Assembly: GCF_036365525.1 (NCBI RefSeq) | Contig: NC_090387.1 | Coordinates: forward strand, 90,251,691-90,315,690 | Length of the DNA: 64,000 bases | Origin: Heterodontus francisci | Taxonomy: Eukaryota | Reading direction: 5' to 3' | Part shown: positions 1 to 12,180 of the stretch, piece by piece | Position numbering within the stretch: the first letter of the stretch is position 1 | Layout of the letters: each line of letters begins with the position of its first letter | The notes under the pieces: generated by a model | Database searches by the model: none | Told to the model about the DNA's origin: nothing | Seen by the model: the letters and a program-made list of their open reading frames with translations, nothing else | Made by a program: the position numbers and the translations under genes

Positions 1-29
1 TTTTCAAAAATCTATAAACAAAATATGGT

Positions 30-285
30 AACAGCCAAAGTGACCATGAATTTGTCGTGTTTCTCCTAAAACCCGAGCTGGTTTATTAATGTCTGTCAGA
101 GAACGCCATCTGGCACCCTTAACCGGTCCGCTCTGTCCGTGACTCCTGTCCACATTAACGTGGTTGACTCTTAACTTTTATCTGAAGTCTCCTGACAATC
201 CCACCATCAACTACTAAGGGCAGCTAGGGATAAGCAATAAGTGTTGGCCTTGCCAGCGATGACCACAGCTCCAGCATAAATGTAA
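30..285 (+). mobile_element. 3' part of a degenerate SINE (same family as 23715-24060)
   Basis: Tail 'aagggcagctagggataagcaataagtgttggccttgccagcgatg' resembles the 3' ends at 24005-24060 and of the LINE at 63361-63420. Confidence 0.55.
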
Positions 286-2189
286 AATCCTGCAGAATAC
301 CACGAGCTGAACATACAAGTTTTGCTATTTATTGTTCACGCGTGTGCCCAGACCACGGAAGCGGAACTCTGGATGCATTTATTGCAATGTGAAAAAAAAA
401 CACGAGGAGACAGGTGACAAGAAATTGGCATTCCTTTCAGGTGCCTGGTTCTTCTATCATACTATTCAACTGAATTTGGAACAACCCCAACAATCTTTGC
501 CTACACTCCTTGGGCGGAATTTGTTTCTTTGCTGCACAGGCTGCGAGGCCGAGCACACACTGAGAAGCTTATCGGAAAATTGTGCGTTATTGTCCGCCAT
601 TTCCCATAAATTGAAATCAATGGACAGAAATGTATTGGCATTAACTCGAGGTTTTCCGATATATACCGTCTGCTGCATGAAATTACCGACCTTGGGAAGC
701 GAACAAAAACCCCAACACATCACCAAAGCTGACTCTTTCAGTAACTGCTTTCCCTGATGTATGTTCGACATTTGTTTTCCATTTGTATCCCGAGTCCTAA
801 TTCTTCTCCACATTTAAGTCGTCAAAGTCCCTGCAGTGAAAGAACGAGAGATGGATATAGATATAGATGGAAAAATATGAATACTTATATAATTAGATAC
901 GTATTATATAGAAATAGATGTAAATGTTATGACATTCTGAATGAATAAACACTGAACGTAGGATTCTAAGTGTAGTCCAGAAGGTGACTGCCGAGCTTCA
1001 AATAATCTCTTGTGTTCCACATTCTAATAATTGTTTGCAGAATTCTATTCTCTATTTACTTGTTTGAACATTGAAAGTGACCTGACTACAGTTGTCCCAG
1101 ACTCCCCTCTGTCACCCTGTGCTAATTCAATTCCATCCATTCTATAATTGCAACACAGATTTTCCAATTCCGCTCAATTTCATAACATGATCTAAATGGT
1201 TTTTACTATTTCTGCTGACACAAATGTGTAGCTTCCAGTATATAAACCTTGACAGCTGCCGGTTATTTCAAGCAGTAACTCCTGTCAATAGACTGCAGGG
1301 ATGAACTTTGATCCCTCATTTTTGTTAATTTTCTTGACCTGGAAATAGCACGGGGTTTCCATAACTTAATGGAATATTCACGGAACTCTCAGAGAACCGG
1401 CCTAAAGAGCGTTTTCAGCCATTTCCCCCATTTCTCCGGGGATTCTCGTAATCACGAAGCCAAGTGAGATCAGGAGACGGGTTGTAGCTCTGTCGAGTTT
1501 TGAAGACAGATTTTCGCAAAATACCGCTTGGCGTTAAACAACAAATGCATGTGGGGAGCACACAAACATATATCTGGTTGGTAGAATCACACTCCCCAAG
1601 GAATTTTCTTTACATTCATTTCAATGGAGGGAAAAGGCATCGGGTCCTGTTGCCAGCAGCGCCTTCCCCGGAGTTTCCATTCTGCGCTCAGGGCTGGCGA
1701 TGCTTAAAGCCGAGTCGGTAAAGACCAGACCCTCTTTTCACTGTCCCACAAACTGCTTATTTTTGTAAATAAGACTCATTCCGCCTGGTGGGCACTGATG
1801 GCGCAGGCAGACACAGGGCAACAGTGACTGATATCGCATCCATTCATTTAACGGATGGACTATGGAGTTGCAGTTTCCGTCCCTGCTCGCGTCCTTCTAC
1901 ACACGGAGAGCCCAACCGAACATAACAAGATATATATGTTTGTCCTTCAGTCCATGCAGGGCACAGCCGATGTGATGGCGCCTTATGCTGAACTCGAGAT
2001 AATGAATCCCTTGAAAACTCCAAGACCAAAGCATCAAGAAAGGACAGCGCATGCCCAGGTAGGGGTGAGTAGCCGATCAAAGAGACGCGAAATGACAGTA
2101 ATTAACAGGTAAAACGGTGTAATGTAAGAAATACCTTAATTGTAGTGTACTTACCGGTAATTCTGCAAGGCTTTAGCAATGTTAGTTAT

Positions 2190-2998
2190 GTCAGCTGTAG
2201 CTCAGTTAGTAGAACTCTGGCATCTGACTCACAAGGTTGTGGGTTCATAGTCGCATCCTAGAGAGTTTTTTTTAGAGATACAGCACTGAAACAGGCCCTT
2301 CGGCCCATCGAGTCTGTGCCGACCATCAACCACCCATTTATACTAATCCTACACTAATCCCATATTCCTACCAAACATCCCCACCTGTTCCTGTATTTCT
2401 CTACCACCTACCTATACTAGTGACAATTTATAATGGCCAATTTACCTATCAACCTGCAAGTCTTTTGGCTTGTGGGAGGAAACCAGAGCACCCGGAGAAA
2501 ACCCACGCAGACACAGGGAGAACTTGCAAACTCCACACAGGCAGTATCAGGAACCGAACCCGGGTCCCTGGAGCTGTGAGGCTGCGGTGCTAACCACTGC
2601 GCCACTGTGCCGCCCCCACTGAGCACAAAATGTAGGTTGTCACTCCAGTGCAGTACTGAGGGAAATCTGCTCTGTTGGGGGTGCCATCTTTCAAATGACA
2701 CATTGGACTGAGGCCTCGTTTTCTTTCTAAGATGAATGCCGTGACACTATTTGAAGAGGAACAGGAGAGTTATCCCCAGTGTCCTAGTCAATATTTATCC
2801 TTCTATCAACATCACTAAAACAGATTATCTTCTCATTAACATATTGCTGTTTGTGGGAGCTTGCTGGGAGCAAATCGGCTGCCCTGTTTCCTGCTCTACA
2901 ACAGTTATCACACTTCAAAAAGTATTTCTTTGGCTGCTGAAATGCTTGGGATGTATTGAGGTCGCAAAAGTCCCTATATAAATGCAAGCTTTTTTTTT
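2190..2998 (+). mobile_element. tRNA-derived Deu-type SINE (SacSINE1-like), interrupted by an HE1 SINE
   Basis: tRNA-like head 'gtagctcagttagtag...gggttcatagtc', central 'ccccagtgtcctagtcaatatttatcc', tail 'tatataaatgcaagc-polyT'. Confidence 0.7.
2266..2617 (-). mobile_element. HE1-type V-SINE, full length, specific to copy A
   Basis: Minus strand 'ggcggcacagtggcgcagtggttagcaccgcagcc...gggttcggttcc' (A/B boxes), V-domain 'gagtttgcaagttctccc', CR1-like tail; empty site in copy B reads 'cctagagagttgagcac' (48330-48345). Confidence 0.9.
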
Positions 2999-3072
2999 CT
3001 ATTTAACTTATAGCTATTTATATTACAATAAACATACCGAACTAATTATATTCCCAAATATTGATTTCACAG

Positions 3073-3285
3073 ACCAAGCAAAGGACACCTGATAATAAGC
3101 TGACTTACGCTGCTGTATCTATGGCAGGGTCAAAGAAAACATCAAAGCCTAATGATAAGGATAAGAGCACGGAGTATGCTCAGCTACGGATTGAGAAAAA
3201 AGAGTGGACGTTATTTACATGGAACCGAAAACCACGTGATATTGGTGTCCCGTGCGGAACCCGTTGTATATGTGTGCATATCTAA
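3073..3285 (+). CDS. Last (cytoplasmic) exon of IgSF receptor gene A, with ITIM LTYAAV and ITSM-like TEYAQL
   Basis: Acceptor 'tttcacag' at 3065-3072, phase 0; TKQRTPDNKLTYAAVSMAGSKKTSKPNDKDKSTEYAQLR...; paralogous to 48746-48895. True stop may be TGA 3237-3239 if the A6 run at 3196-3201 lacks one base. Confidence 0.88.
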   Translation, partial: TKQRTPDNKLTYAAVSMAGSKKTSKPNDKDKSTEYAQLRIEKKEWTLFTWNRKPRDIGVPCGTRCICVHI

Positions 3286-3904
3286 CGGCAGGTCTATAAT
3301 CCTAACAACATGACAAAGTAATAATAACTATTCGGAAGGAAAGGTGGAGATTACCAGTTTAATAACTGTCGACATTTAATAACTAACATCGATTTAGAAG
3401 AAGGCGCTTCTGTATGATTGTCCCCTTCGCCTTATTTAAGCAGTTGGGAATGAAATAGATTGTAGAAATTCACTGACACGACGCCCAAATTCTGCTCCAA
3501 CAGGTCCCAAACGTCCAAGGCCAGTGAACTGATTCGTCTTCGTAGTTGTATTTAGTATTTACTGGCCATGGTGTTTGAATTCAGCAAGGGTTGGATTTAC
3601 AACTGTTTCCCGATTGACAGATAAATCCTAAATCAGAGCACTGTGATCGGTCAAGTACCAATAACCGAGTGATTTGAAAATGAATAGAAACCGGGATATA
3701 ATTTTCTGGGGTATAAATTGGATTTGGACGGTAGTGCAATACAGGATTTGGACTCCATTTGTTTTATATTGAAATTTGACCTTTGGAATTGAATTGGGGT
3801 GAAACAAAATGAGCAAAGAGCAATGAATAAGCTATGGAGAAACAGATAATGAAACAACATTTATTTTACGATTTCTGCGGATCCAGCGCTTTCCAAACCG
3901 CTTC

Positions 3905-4270
3905 ATTGTCACTGAAGGAATTTTCAACTGTAGTCACCATTGTCAGGTAGGACAATTGGGAGAGGCAACAACAACACAGTATATTTCCACAAACAACAAT
4001 TAAAATGCATGATTGGATAACTGTTTCAGTGTTGTTGGTTCAGGGATAACTATTGTCCAGGACACGAGGAGAACTTTGCTGTTTATCTGCATATAGTACC
4101 ATGGGTTCTTTTACCATGAAAGGCCAGACGGGAATTTGATTTAATGCCTCCTCCCAGAGACGGTACCTCTGACAGCGCTGCATCGACATGTGTGCCTAGA
4201 TTATTAGCTCAAGTCTTCAAAGCACTAACCTTATGACTCAGAGAGGAGAGTGGTACTGCTGAGCCAAGAG
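3905..4270 (-). mobile_element. Degenerate Deu-type SINE in the putative 3' UTR (paralog about 49570-49955)
   Basis: Reverse complement matches the family at 2190-2998 ('agggataactattgtccaggacacg', 'gagtggtactgctgagcca'). Confidence 0.65.
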
Positions 4271-4372
4271 GGCCACTGATGGAGGAGGTCAAGGCTTACT
4301 TCACAAGTCGAAAGACTTGTTGATTTATGAACTTACCGCGCTCTATAAAACATTACACAGTACGGATAAGAC

Positions 4373-4481
4373 GAATGCAGAATTTAAAGTAAATCCAGAA
4401 AGTAGTACTGGAGAACAGAACTATTTTACTTGTTTTCTCCAGTCGTACTACTTCCTGGATTTAATCTTCAATTGTGCATTC
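4373..4481. repeat. Imperfect hairpin with ~50-bp arms in putative 3' UTR, plus a third direct arm copy at ~4511-4560
   Basis: gaatgcagaatttaaagtaaatccagaaagtagtactggagaa pairs with ttctccagtcgtactacttcctggatttaatcttcaattgtgcattc. Confidence 0.85.
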
Positions 4482-4914
4482 AGCTGAACAATGTTACTTA
4501 AAATGTTGTAGATAAGTGAATGCAGAACTGTACAGTAAATCCAGCAAATTGTAGCCGAGGATAAAACATCACTATAGAAGGAAAAAATAGTTCCCTTAAA
4601 ACAGGTATTTTAAAGTGTTTGCTTTTACCCAGAAGTTGCAATAATTCTTCAAAAGGGTCTAAAGAATCTAAACTGCTTGGTGCATTGTAAATGTGTCGGG
4701 ATTCTTGAATGGGAGAGTAGTGGTATTGGGGTGAAGAGCTTCCGTGGGCAATTGGTCTTTACCAGCCCTTGACTTTGGTTAGGTCGTAATCATCCATCCA
4801 GCTGTAACCTAGTTTCCGTGTATCACTGATATTCGAGTGTTAATGTCCCGGTTTGAAACAACAATAACATGATTGAATGTGGTGATAGACTTGTCTTTCT
4901 TATTTGCATTATAT

Positions 4915-4920
4915 AATAAA
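4915..4920 (+). promoter_or_regulatory. Candidate polyadenylation signal of gene A
   Basis: AATAAA (ATTAAA also at 4948-4953) in a block almost identical to 50605-50610 of copy B, just before a CR1 insertion. Confidence 0.45.
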
Positions 4921-5056
4921 TCCAATGGTAACATTGTGTGCTAGTAAATTAAATGTATATCAAATTCCTTCCTGTTACCTCTTCATGTTGCAGCTGTTGT
5001 ACGCTTGAAGTTCCAGATTTTATGAACATAAACATGTACAAAGTACATTTGGTGAG

Positions 5057-6245
5057 CATAAGAACGTACGAAATAAGAGTATAAATATGCCATTTGGCTC
5101 TTTGAACCTGCCTTACCATTCAATAAGATCATGGCTGATCCGATTGTGGTCCAGACTCCCTGCCTGCCCCCTAACCCTGTATTCACTTGTAAATCAAATA
5201 TCTGTCAAACTCAGCCTTGAATGTAATCAATGACCCAGCCTCCACTGCATACTGGGGTAGAGAATTCCAAAGATTAATGACCGTCTGAGAGAAGCAATTC
5301 CTCCTCATCTCTGTCTTAAATGGGAGACCCCTTATTTTGAAGCTGTGTCCACCAGTTCTAAATTCCGCCACGAGGGGAAACATCCTCTCAGCATTTATCC
5401 TGCCAATCGCCCTCAAAATCTTATGTGTTTTAATAGATTTCCCACTCCTTCTTCTAAACTCCAATGAGTATAGGCACAACCTGCTCAACCTTTCCTCATA
5501 TGACCACCCCTTCATCCCAGAAATTAGTCTAGTGAAACTTCTTGGAACAGCGTCCAATGCAAATCTATCCCTTCTTAAATAAGCAGACCAAAACTGTACG
5601 CAGTACTCTAGGTGCGGTCTCACCAATGCCCTATATGGTTGTAGCAAGACTTGCCTACTTTTATACTCCATCCCCTTGCAATAAAGACCAACATTCCGTT
5701 TGCTTTCCTAATTAATGCTGTACATGCACGCTAGATTTTAATGATTCTAGTATGAGAACAACCAGATCCCTCTGTACTTCAGCATTCTGAAGTCTCTCTC
5801 CATTTAAATAATGTTCTGCTTTTCTATTCTTCCTGCCAAGTGGGCAACTTCACATTTTCCCATGTTATACTTCATCTACCATTTTTTCCCACTTATCCTT
5901 TCTATATACCTTTGCAGATTCCTTGTGTCCTCACCACAAGTTGCTTTCCCAGCTATCTCTGGATTTTCATCAGATTTGACTACAATACACTCGGTCCCTT
6001 CATCATTTATATAGATTGTAAATTGTTGAAGCCCCAGATGATCCCTGTGGCACCCTACTGATTACAGATTTGCAGCCTAAAAATGACCCATTTATCCCAA
6101 CTCCCAGTTTCCTGTTAGTTCGCCAGTCCTCTATCCATGTTAATATTACGCTCAACGCCATGGAGCTCCTATCTTGATAACATTTTATGTAGTTTATCAA
6201 ATGCTTTCTGGAAAAAAACACACTACATCTAATGGTTCTCCTTTA
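5057..6245 (-). mobile_element. CR1 LINE, 5'-truncated (RT C-terminus and 3' UTR); predates the duplication
   Basis: ORF 5183-5671 'LVRPHLEYCVQFWS...LYSLEFRR...NLWNSLP'; paralogous insertion at 50738-51900. Confidence 0.9.
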
Positions 6246-8579
6246 TTCAATTATGTCGTCCCATTAAACGGAAGTAAAGTACATCGCATGGCACAAGCTA
6301 TTGTTTGATGAGTTGCACTTTAAAAAGTGTGCAATATTATGAACATATGAACTAGGAGCAGGAGTAGGCTGCTCGGTCCCTCGAGCCTGCTCCGCCATTC
6401 AATAAGATCATGGCTGATCTGATCATAATATTGAATCAACAAGGGCTGATCCAGGGATTGTGCTCGTAGATCATGGGAAGGCGTTTGCAGGAAAGACTGA
6501 TCATGGAACAATACATCTGCTGAACTTGGTATTCTGAGCAGTTAGGTTAAAGACAAGACTTGAAACGCCCATTTTTTATTGAGTTTCGCCTCTGTAAATC
6601 CATCCATATCGTCGTAGCAAGCTGACCTCACGCAGGTTTTAGCTGGATTGGTCTTGGTGGAAAGGCAAGCTGTGAGCAGAGCCATAATAAGTCTGCCTTC
6701 CTGGGATGCAAGGACTAGTACCAGTGAAAGGCACCACTCAGCAAAGGGACAGAGCCCAATGCATCTCTATCATTCACCTAAACCACTCTCTGTGGTAGCA
6801 TGGTCCATATTCTCACCACTCTCTGGGTAAAGAAGTCAATTTTGAATTCATTATCAGATTTTGTTGGTGTCTAATTTATATTGAAGGCCTTTAGTTTTGC
6901 TCTTCTCCACAAGTGGAACATTTTCTTTCTCCGCCTACTCAAACAAAAACTTTTATAATTTAAAGACTTCTATTAGGTCACCACTCAGCCTTCTCTTTTC
7001 AAAAGAAAAGAGACTCAGCCTTTTAATCCTTTCCTGATAGGAAGACGCTCACTGTTTCAGCTTCAAGCCACACATTGACATAATTTTACTCCCAGAAGGG
7101 GTCAGAGACAGTCGTATTTAAATAGATGGATCATCAGGGCAACTTCGAGTATACCTCAAGTTGAAATGTCAGATCCTGTCCATGTTGTCAAACATGATCT
7201 GTACATTGAGCGAGTGGAAGCCATTCCTGCCGAGGTAACTAAACTGTTCAGGAAAAAAAAACATCATATGAACGTGGGTGAGAAAGCCAACACACCTGCT
7301 CCCATGGATACTGACCTCACTGAGGCAGTGATATCCTGATGTTGGATGCTGCATTCAGGTCTGGCTGCTCATCCAGAGATTCTTCAGTAAGTGCAGCCTC
7401 CCAAGATGTATCTCGAGTGACTTTGTGGAAGTAGGATTGGATCGATTCACTCTTGTTCTCGATAGAAATGAGTAGGCCTAGGGCTGGACTTGAGCCTTAT
7501 CCTCCTCCTATGATGCCTAATCAAGCTAATTTCTCTGTAATGTTCGTTCTCCTACTCCAGCTAAGATATTACAGAGAATAATCCACTCTTGGAAACCTCT
7601 TTGGAAGCTTGTGCGAGACCTAATAAAAAATATTCCATCTTGCCTGAAGTCCATACAGAAACAAATAAAAAGCCAGCTCCAATTCAGAAATTGCCAAACA
7701 GTGCCTCTCTGTTCTGCAAATCATTTTCATAGGGACCTGTTCCTTCTGTGATCCTCTTTCTCAGCAAAACGTGCAGGTAGATTACTTCACTTTCAAATAA
7801 AATTGTTCATTGTCCTTTGCACTCGTTGCCTGCCTCCTTTACTTGGCACCTTGCAGGTATTCCAGGAATGCAATTTCATAGATTCAATTTTCACTGTTCA
7901 CACACTTTACCAGGCTCCCTTATATCTTCATTTTCCTGCTGGTTGACAGAAGCAAGGGGTCATGTCAGAACAAAAATATAAATTAGTTGGCAAGAACAGA
8001 CATAACAGGAAGTCTTCAACTAAACAAAATGAAAACAAGCTATCACTGATTTCCACGTTGCACTGAAAATACCCAATCAATTCGATCTTGGAAATTAACT
8101 GGAGTTAGACTTTGTTAGTAAACGGAATTGGGCCACAGGTCAACCATGACCTAACTGAATGGCGGAACAGTCTTGAGTGACTAAACAACTCCTCCTGTTC
8201 CTGTGTTCCTATGTGAATACTAGCAGCAGTAGGCTCCTCCTGCTTTCAGTTGATGCTCTCTGATCAACAATTTCATGTTGCATTCAATTAGCAATATCTT
8301 TGTTACATGCTCCTGCACTCAATCTCCCTCTCCCTCTTTCAATTTCCTTTGCTCAATTCGTCACTGAACTGTTGGTAGACAAAGGAGAAGGAGATCAAGA
8401 GAGCAAAACAAAGAAAACAGGAAACTTTGAAGTAAAACAAGCAAACGTGAGCCATCGTTGACTTCAATGTTCTGGTCCCATTTAATCTTGGAAACTAAAA
8501 AGCGTTTGGCTTGGTCAGCACTTGCTGGGAGACCACTTGGAAGGACCAGGTGCAGTAAGATTTATTGCCACCAGTCTTA

Positions 8580-10925
8580 AAAGTCCGAAAAGAGAAGCAG
8601 TGGTACTGGACCTAATCTTAGGGAATGAAGCCAGACAAGTGGTAGTAATGTCAATGGGGGTGCATTTCGGGGATAGTGACCATAACTCTGTAAGACTTAA
8701 GGTAGTTATGGAAAAGGACAAAGATGAACCGCAAATAAAGGTACTGACTTGGGGGAAGGCCGATTTCAATATGATAAAACAGGATCTGGGCAAAGGTGAC
8801 TGGGAGCAGCTACTTGTTGGAAAGTCTAAGTCAAACCAGTGGGAGTCATTCAAAAAGGAAATAGTGAGAGTTCAGGGCCAATATGTTCCAGTAAAGGTGA
8901 ATGGTTGGACCAAGTCCATGGAACCCTGGATGTCAAGGGATATAGAGGATTGGATAAGGGAAAAAGGAGGCTTATGGCAGATTCAGAGGGCTGAAAACAG
9001 CGGAGGCCCGAGATGAGTATACAAAGTGTTGGAGGGGTGGTACTTTAAAAAGTAATTAGAAGAGCGAGGAGGGGGTCATGAAAAAAACACTGGTGGGCAA
9101 AATAAAGGAAATCCCAAGGCATTTTATAAGTATATTAAAGGTAAGAGGATAATCAGGCAAAGAGAACGGCTCATCAGGGACCAAAGTGGCAATCTGTGTG
9201 TGGAGCCAGAGGACGTAGCTGAGCCTTTAAATGATTACTTTTCATCTGTGTTCACTATGGAGAAGGACGATGTAGGTGTAAACATCAGGGAGGGGATTGT
9301 GTTACACTTGAATGAATTAGCATTGAAAGTGAGGAAGTATTCGTGGTTTTAGCGAGCTTAAAAATAGATAAATTCCCAGGCCCAGATCAGATGTATCCCA
9401 GGCTGCTATGTGAGGCAAGGGAGGAGATTGCAGGGGTTCTGACATAAAGTTTCAAATCCTTTCTGGCCACTGGAGAAGTGCCAGAGGACTGGAGGACCGC
9501 GAATGTGGTACCATTAGTTAAGAAGTGTAGTCAGGATAAGCCAGGTAATTACAGGCCAGTGAGTCTGACATCAGTGGTAGGGAAATTATTGGGAAAAAAA
9601 ATCTGAGGGACAGGATTAATCTCCACTTGGAGAGGCAGGGATTAATCAAAGATAGGCAGCATGGCTTTGTCAGGGGGAGATAATGTCTAACAAATTTTAT
9701 TGATGTTTTCGAGCAGGTAACTAGGTGTGTCGATGAGGGTAAAGCAGTTGAAGTAGTCTACATGGACTTCAGTAAGGCTTTTGATAAGGTTCTGCATGGG
9801 AGATTGGTCAAGATGGTAAGAGCCCATGGGATCCAGGGCAATTAGGCAAATTGGATCCAAACTTGGCTTAGTGACAGGAGGCAGAGGGTGATGGTCGAGG
9901 GTTGTTTTTGCTATTGGAAAACTGTGACCAGTGGTGCACTGCAGGGAATGGTGCTGGGGCCCTTGCTGTTTGTAGTGCACATTAATGATTTAGACTTGAA
10001 TATAGGAGGTATGATCAGTAAATTCGCAGATGACACAGAAACTTGTGGTGTCGTAAATAGTGAGGAAGAAAGCCTTAGATTACAGGATGATATAGATGGG
10101 CAGAGCAGTGGCAAATGGAATTTAATCCTGAGGCGTGTGAGGTGATGCATTTTGGGAGGACTAACAAGGCAAGGGAATGTACAATGGATGGTAGGACCGT
10201 AGGAAGTGCAGAGTGTCAGAGGGACCTTGGTGTACTGATGTATAGACCACTGGTGTATAGATCACTGAAGGCAGCAGCACAGGTAGATAACGTGATTAAG
10301 AAGGCTTATGGGATACTTGCCTTTATTAGCTGAAGCATAGAATATAAGAGCAGGGAGGTTATGATGGAGCTGTACAAAACGCTAGTTAGGTCACAGCTAG
10401 AGTTGTGTGTACAGTTCTGGTAGCCACACTAAAGGAAGGGTGTGATTGCACTGAAGAGCATGCAAAGGAGATTCACCAGGATGTTGCCTGGGCTGGAGCA
10501 TTTCAGCTGTGAAGAGAAACTGAATAGTCTATGGTTGTTTTCCTTAGAGCAGAGAGGGGGACCTGATTGAGGTATACAAAATTATGAGGGGCATTGAAAG
10601 GGTCGATAGAAAGAAACTGTTTCCCTTAGTGGAGGTGTCAATAACCAGGGGGCATAGATTTAAGGTAAGGGGCAGGAGGTTTAGAGGGGATTTGAGCAAA
10701 ATAAATTTCATCCGGAGGGTGGTTGGAATCTGGAACACACTGCCTGAAGAGGTGGTCGAGGCAGGAACCCTCACAACATTTAAGAAGTATTGAGATGAGC
10801 ACTTGAAACGCCAGAGCATACAATGCTACGGGCCAAGTGCTGGAAAATGGGATTAGAATGGTGCTTGGTGGCCAGAATGGACACGATGGACCAAAGGGCC
10901 TGTTTCAGTGCTGTATAACTCAATG
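8580..10925 (+). mobile_element. CR1 LINE ORF2, frameshifted, 5'-truncated
   Basis: 'LDLILGNE...GDSDHNSV', 'ISKFADDT', 'RVVGIWNTLP'; tail 'gtttcagtgctgtataactc'. Confidence 0.92.
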
Positions 10926-10929
10926 CCTC

Positions 10930-12180
10930 TGACAGGCCATTTGGCCCAACTAGTCTGTGCTGGTTTTTGTTTTCCACGCGAGACTCCTCCCATTCCATTT
11001 ACCTCATTCCAGCCTTTCAACATACGTTTCCAATTCCTTTTTCTCACTGGCACTCATCAAGTTTCTGTTTGAAAGCATCGAACAAAGAACAAAGAACAAA
11101 GAACAGTACAGCACAGGAACAGGCCGTTCAGCCCTCCAAGCCTGCGCCGATCTTGATGCCTGCCTAAACTAAAACCTTCTGCACTTCCAGGGACCGTATC
11201 CCTCTATTCCCATCCTATTCATCGAAGCTGTTTGCCTCAATCACTTCCTGTGGTAGCGAGTTCCACATTCTAACTACTGAGACTAAAGACATTTCTTCTT
11301 ATTTTCATGTTTATTATTAACTAACTTGTATTTATGGATCCTCGTTTTGGATTCTCCCACAAGTGGGAACTCGGCATCATCCTGCCCAATCCATTTATGA
11401 TTTTAAAGACTTCTATCAGCTCTCCTTTGAGTGTTATCTTTTGTAAAGAATAAAGCCCCAACCTGTTCAATCATTCCCAATAGCTGTAATCAGTTTTGGT
11501 ACCATGTTTGTAAATCTTGTTTGCACTTTTACCAGCATTTGTAGGTCCATTTTATTGAACGGATGCCAGAACTGTGATAAGTGCTCTAAGCACAGCCTGA
11601 CCAAGGTAATATACACATTTAATATAACTTTACTTCTTATGAATTCTGTTCCCCAAGAAATAAATCACAGTGCTTTTTTGGAATTTTTAATTGTTTTCCT
11701 GCTTTAAATGATTTATTTTTATCTGTACATCTGGATCCCTTTACCTTTCTGCCCATTTACTTTTTTTATTTCCTAATAAATGGTGAAGTTTGTCTTTTTC
11801 CTACCAAAATATATCACCTCAAATTTATTTATGTTCTGTGTTTCTATTGAGTCCAAAACATTGTATGTTTTCAAGAAGGAGTTAGATATAGTTCTTCGGT
11901 CTAAAGGGCATGGGGCGAACGCGGGAACAGGTTACTGAGTTGGATGATCATCCATGATCATAATGAATGGCGGAGCAGGTTCGAAGGTCCGAATGGCCTA
12001 CTCCTGCTCCTATTTTCTATGTTTCAAGTACATTTGGCACTTAACATCCAGCATGCAAGTTTTCTTATGTCCTATTGTGTGATGTTGCACTCTTCCTCAG
12101 TGTTTGCTATAGCACCCAGGTTGGTACAATCTGCATTTTTTAGTATTGAGTTACATGTTCCCAAGTCCAAATCGTAGATT
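10930..12180. mobile_element. Cluster of old CR1 fragments with nested young CR1 3' tails (11081-11220 minus; 11850-12022 plus)
   Basis: '(gaacaaa)n cagtacagcacaggaacaggcc' is the reverse complement of the 56950-57016 tail; 'ggcggagcaggttcgaaggtccgaatggcctactcctgctcc' CR1 3' UTR. Confidence 0.7.

Larger units (their letters stand above)
914..7146 (+). repeat. Segmental duplication copy A (last intron, last exon, 3' UTR and flank of receptor gene A); paralogous to 45678-52777
   Basis: Colinear match from 'taaacactgaacgtaggattctaagtgtagtccagaa' to 'aatagatggatcatca.ggcaacttc'; about 90% identity by eye. Confidence 0.95.

Noticed and set aside
332-948. ORFs 332-757, 466-813, 757-948 as exons of gene A
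   Set aside because: No recognisable domain and no similarity to gene B exons 4-5; likely intron
2570-2617. tRNA genes (also 23720-23780, 41850-41912, 58300-58364)
   Set aside because: A/B boxes belong to SINE heads; no complete cloverleaf
8580-10925. Inverted segmental duplicate of 58708-60585
   Set aside because: Same CR1 subfamily but flanks are unrelated; independent insertions are the simpler explanation
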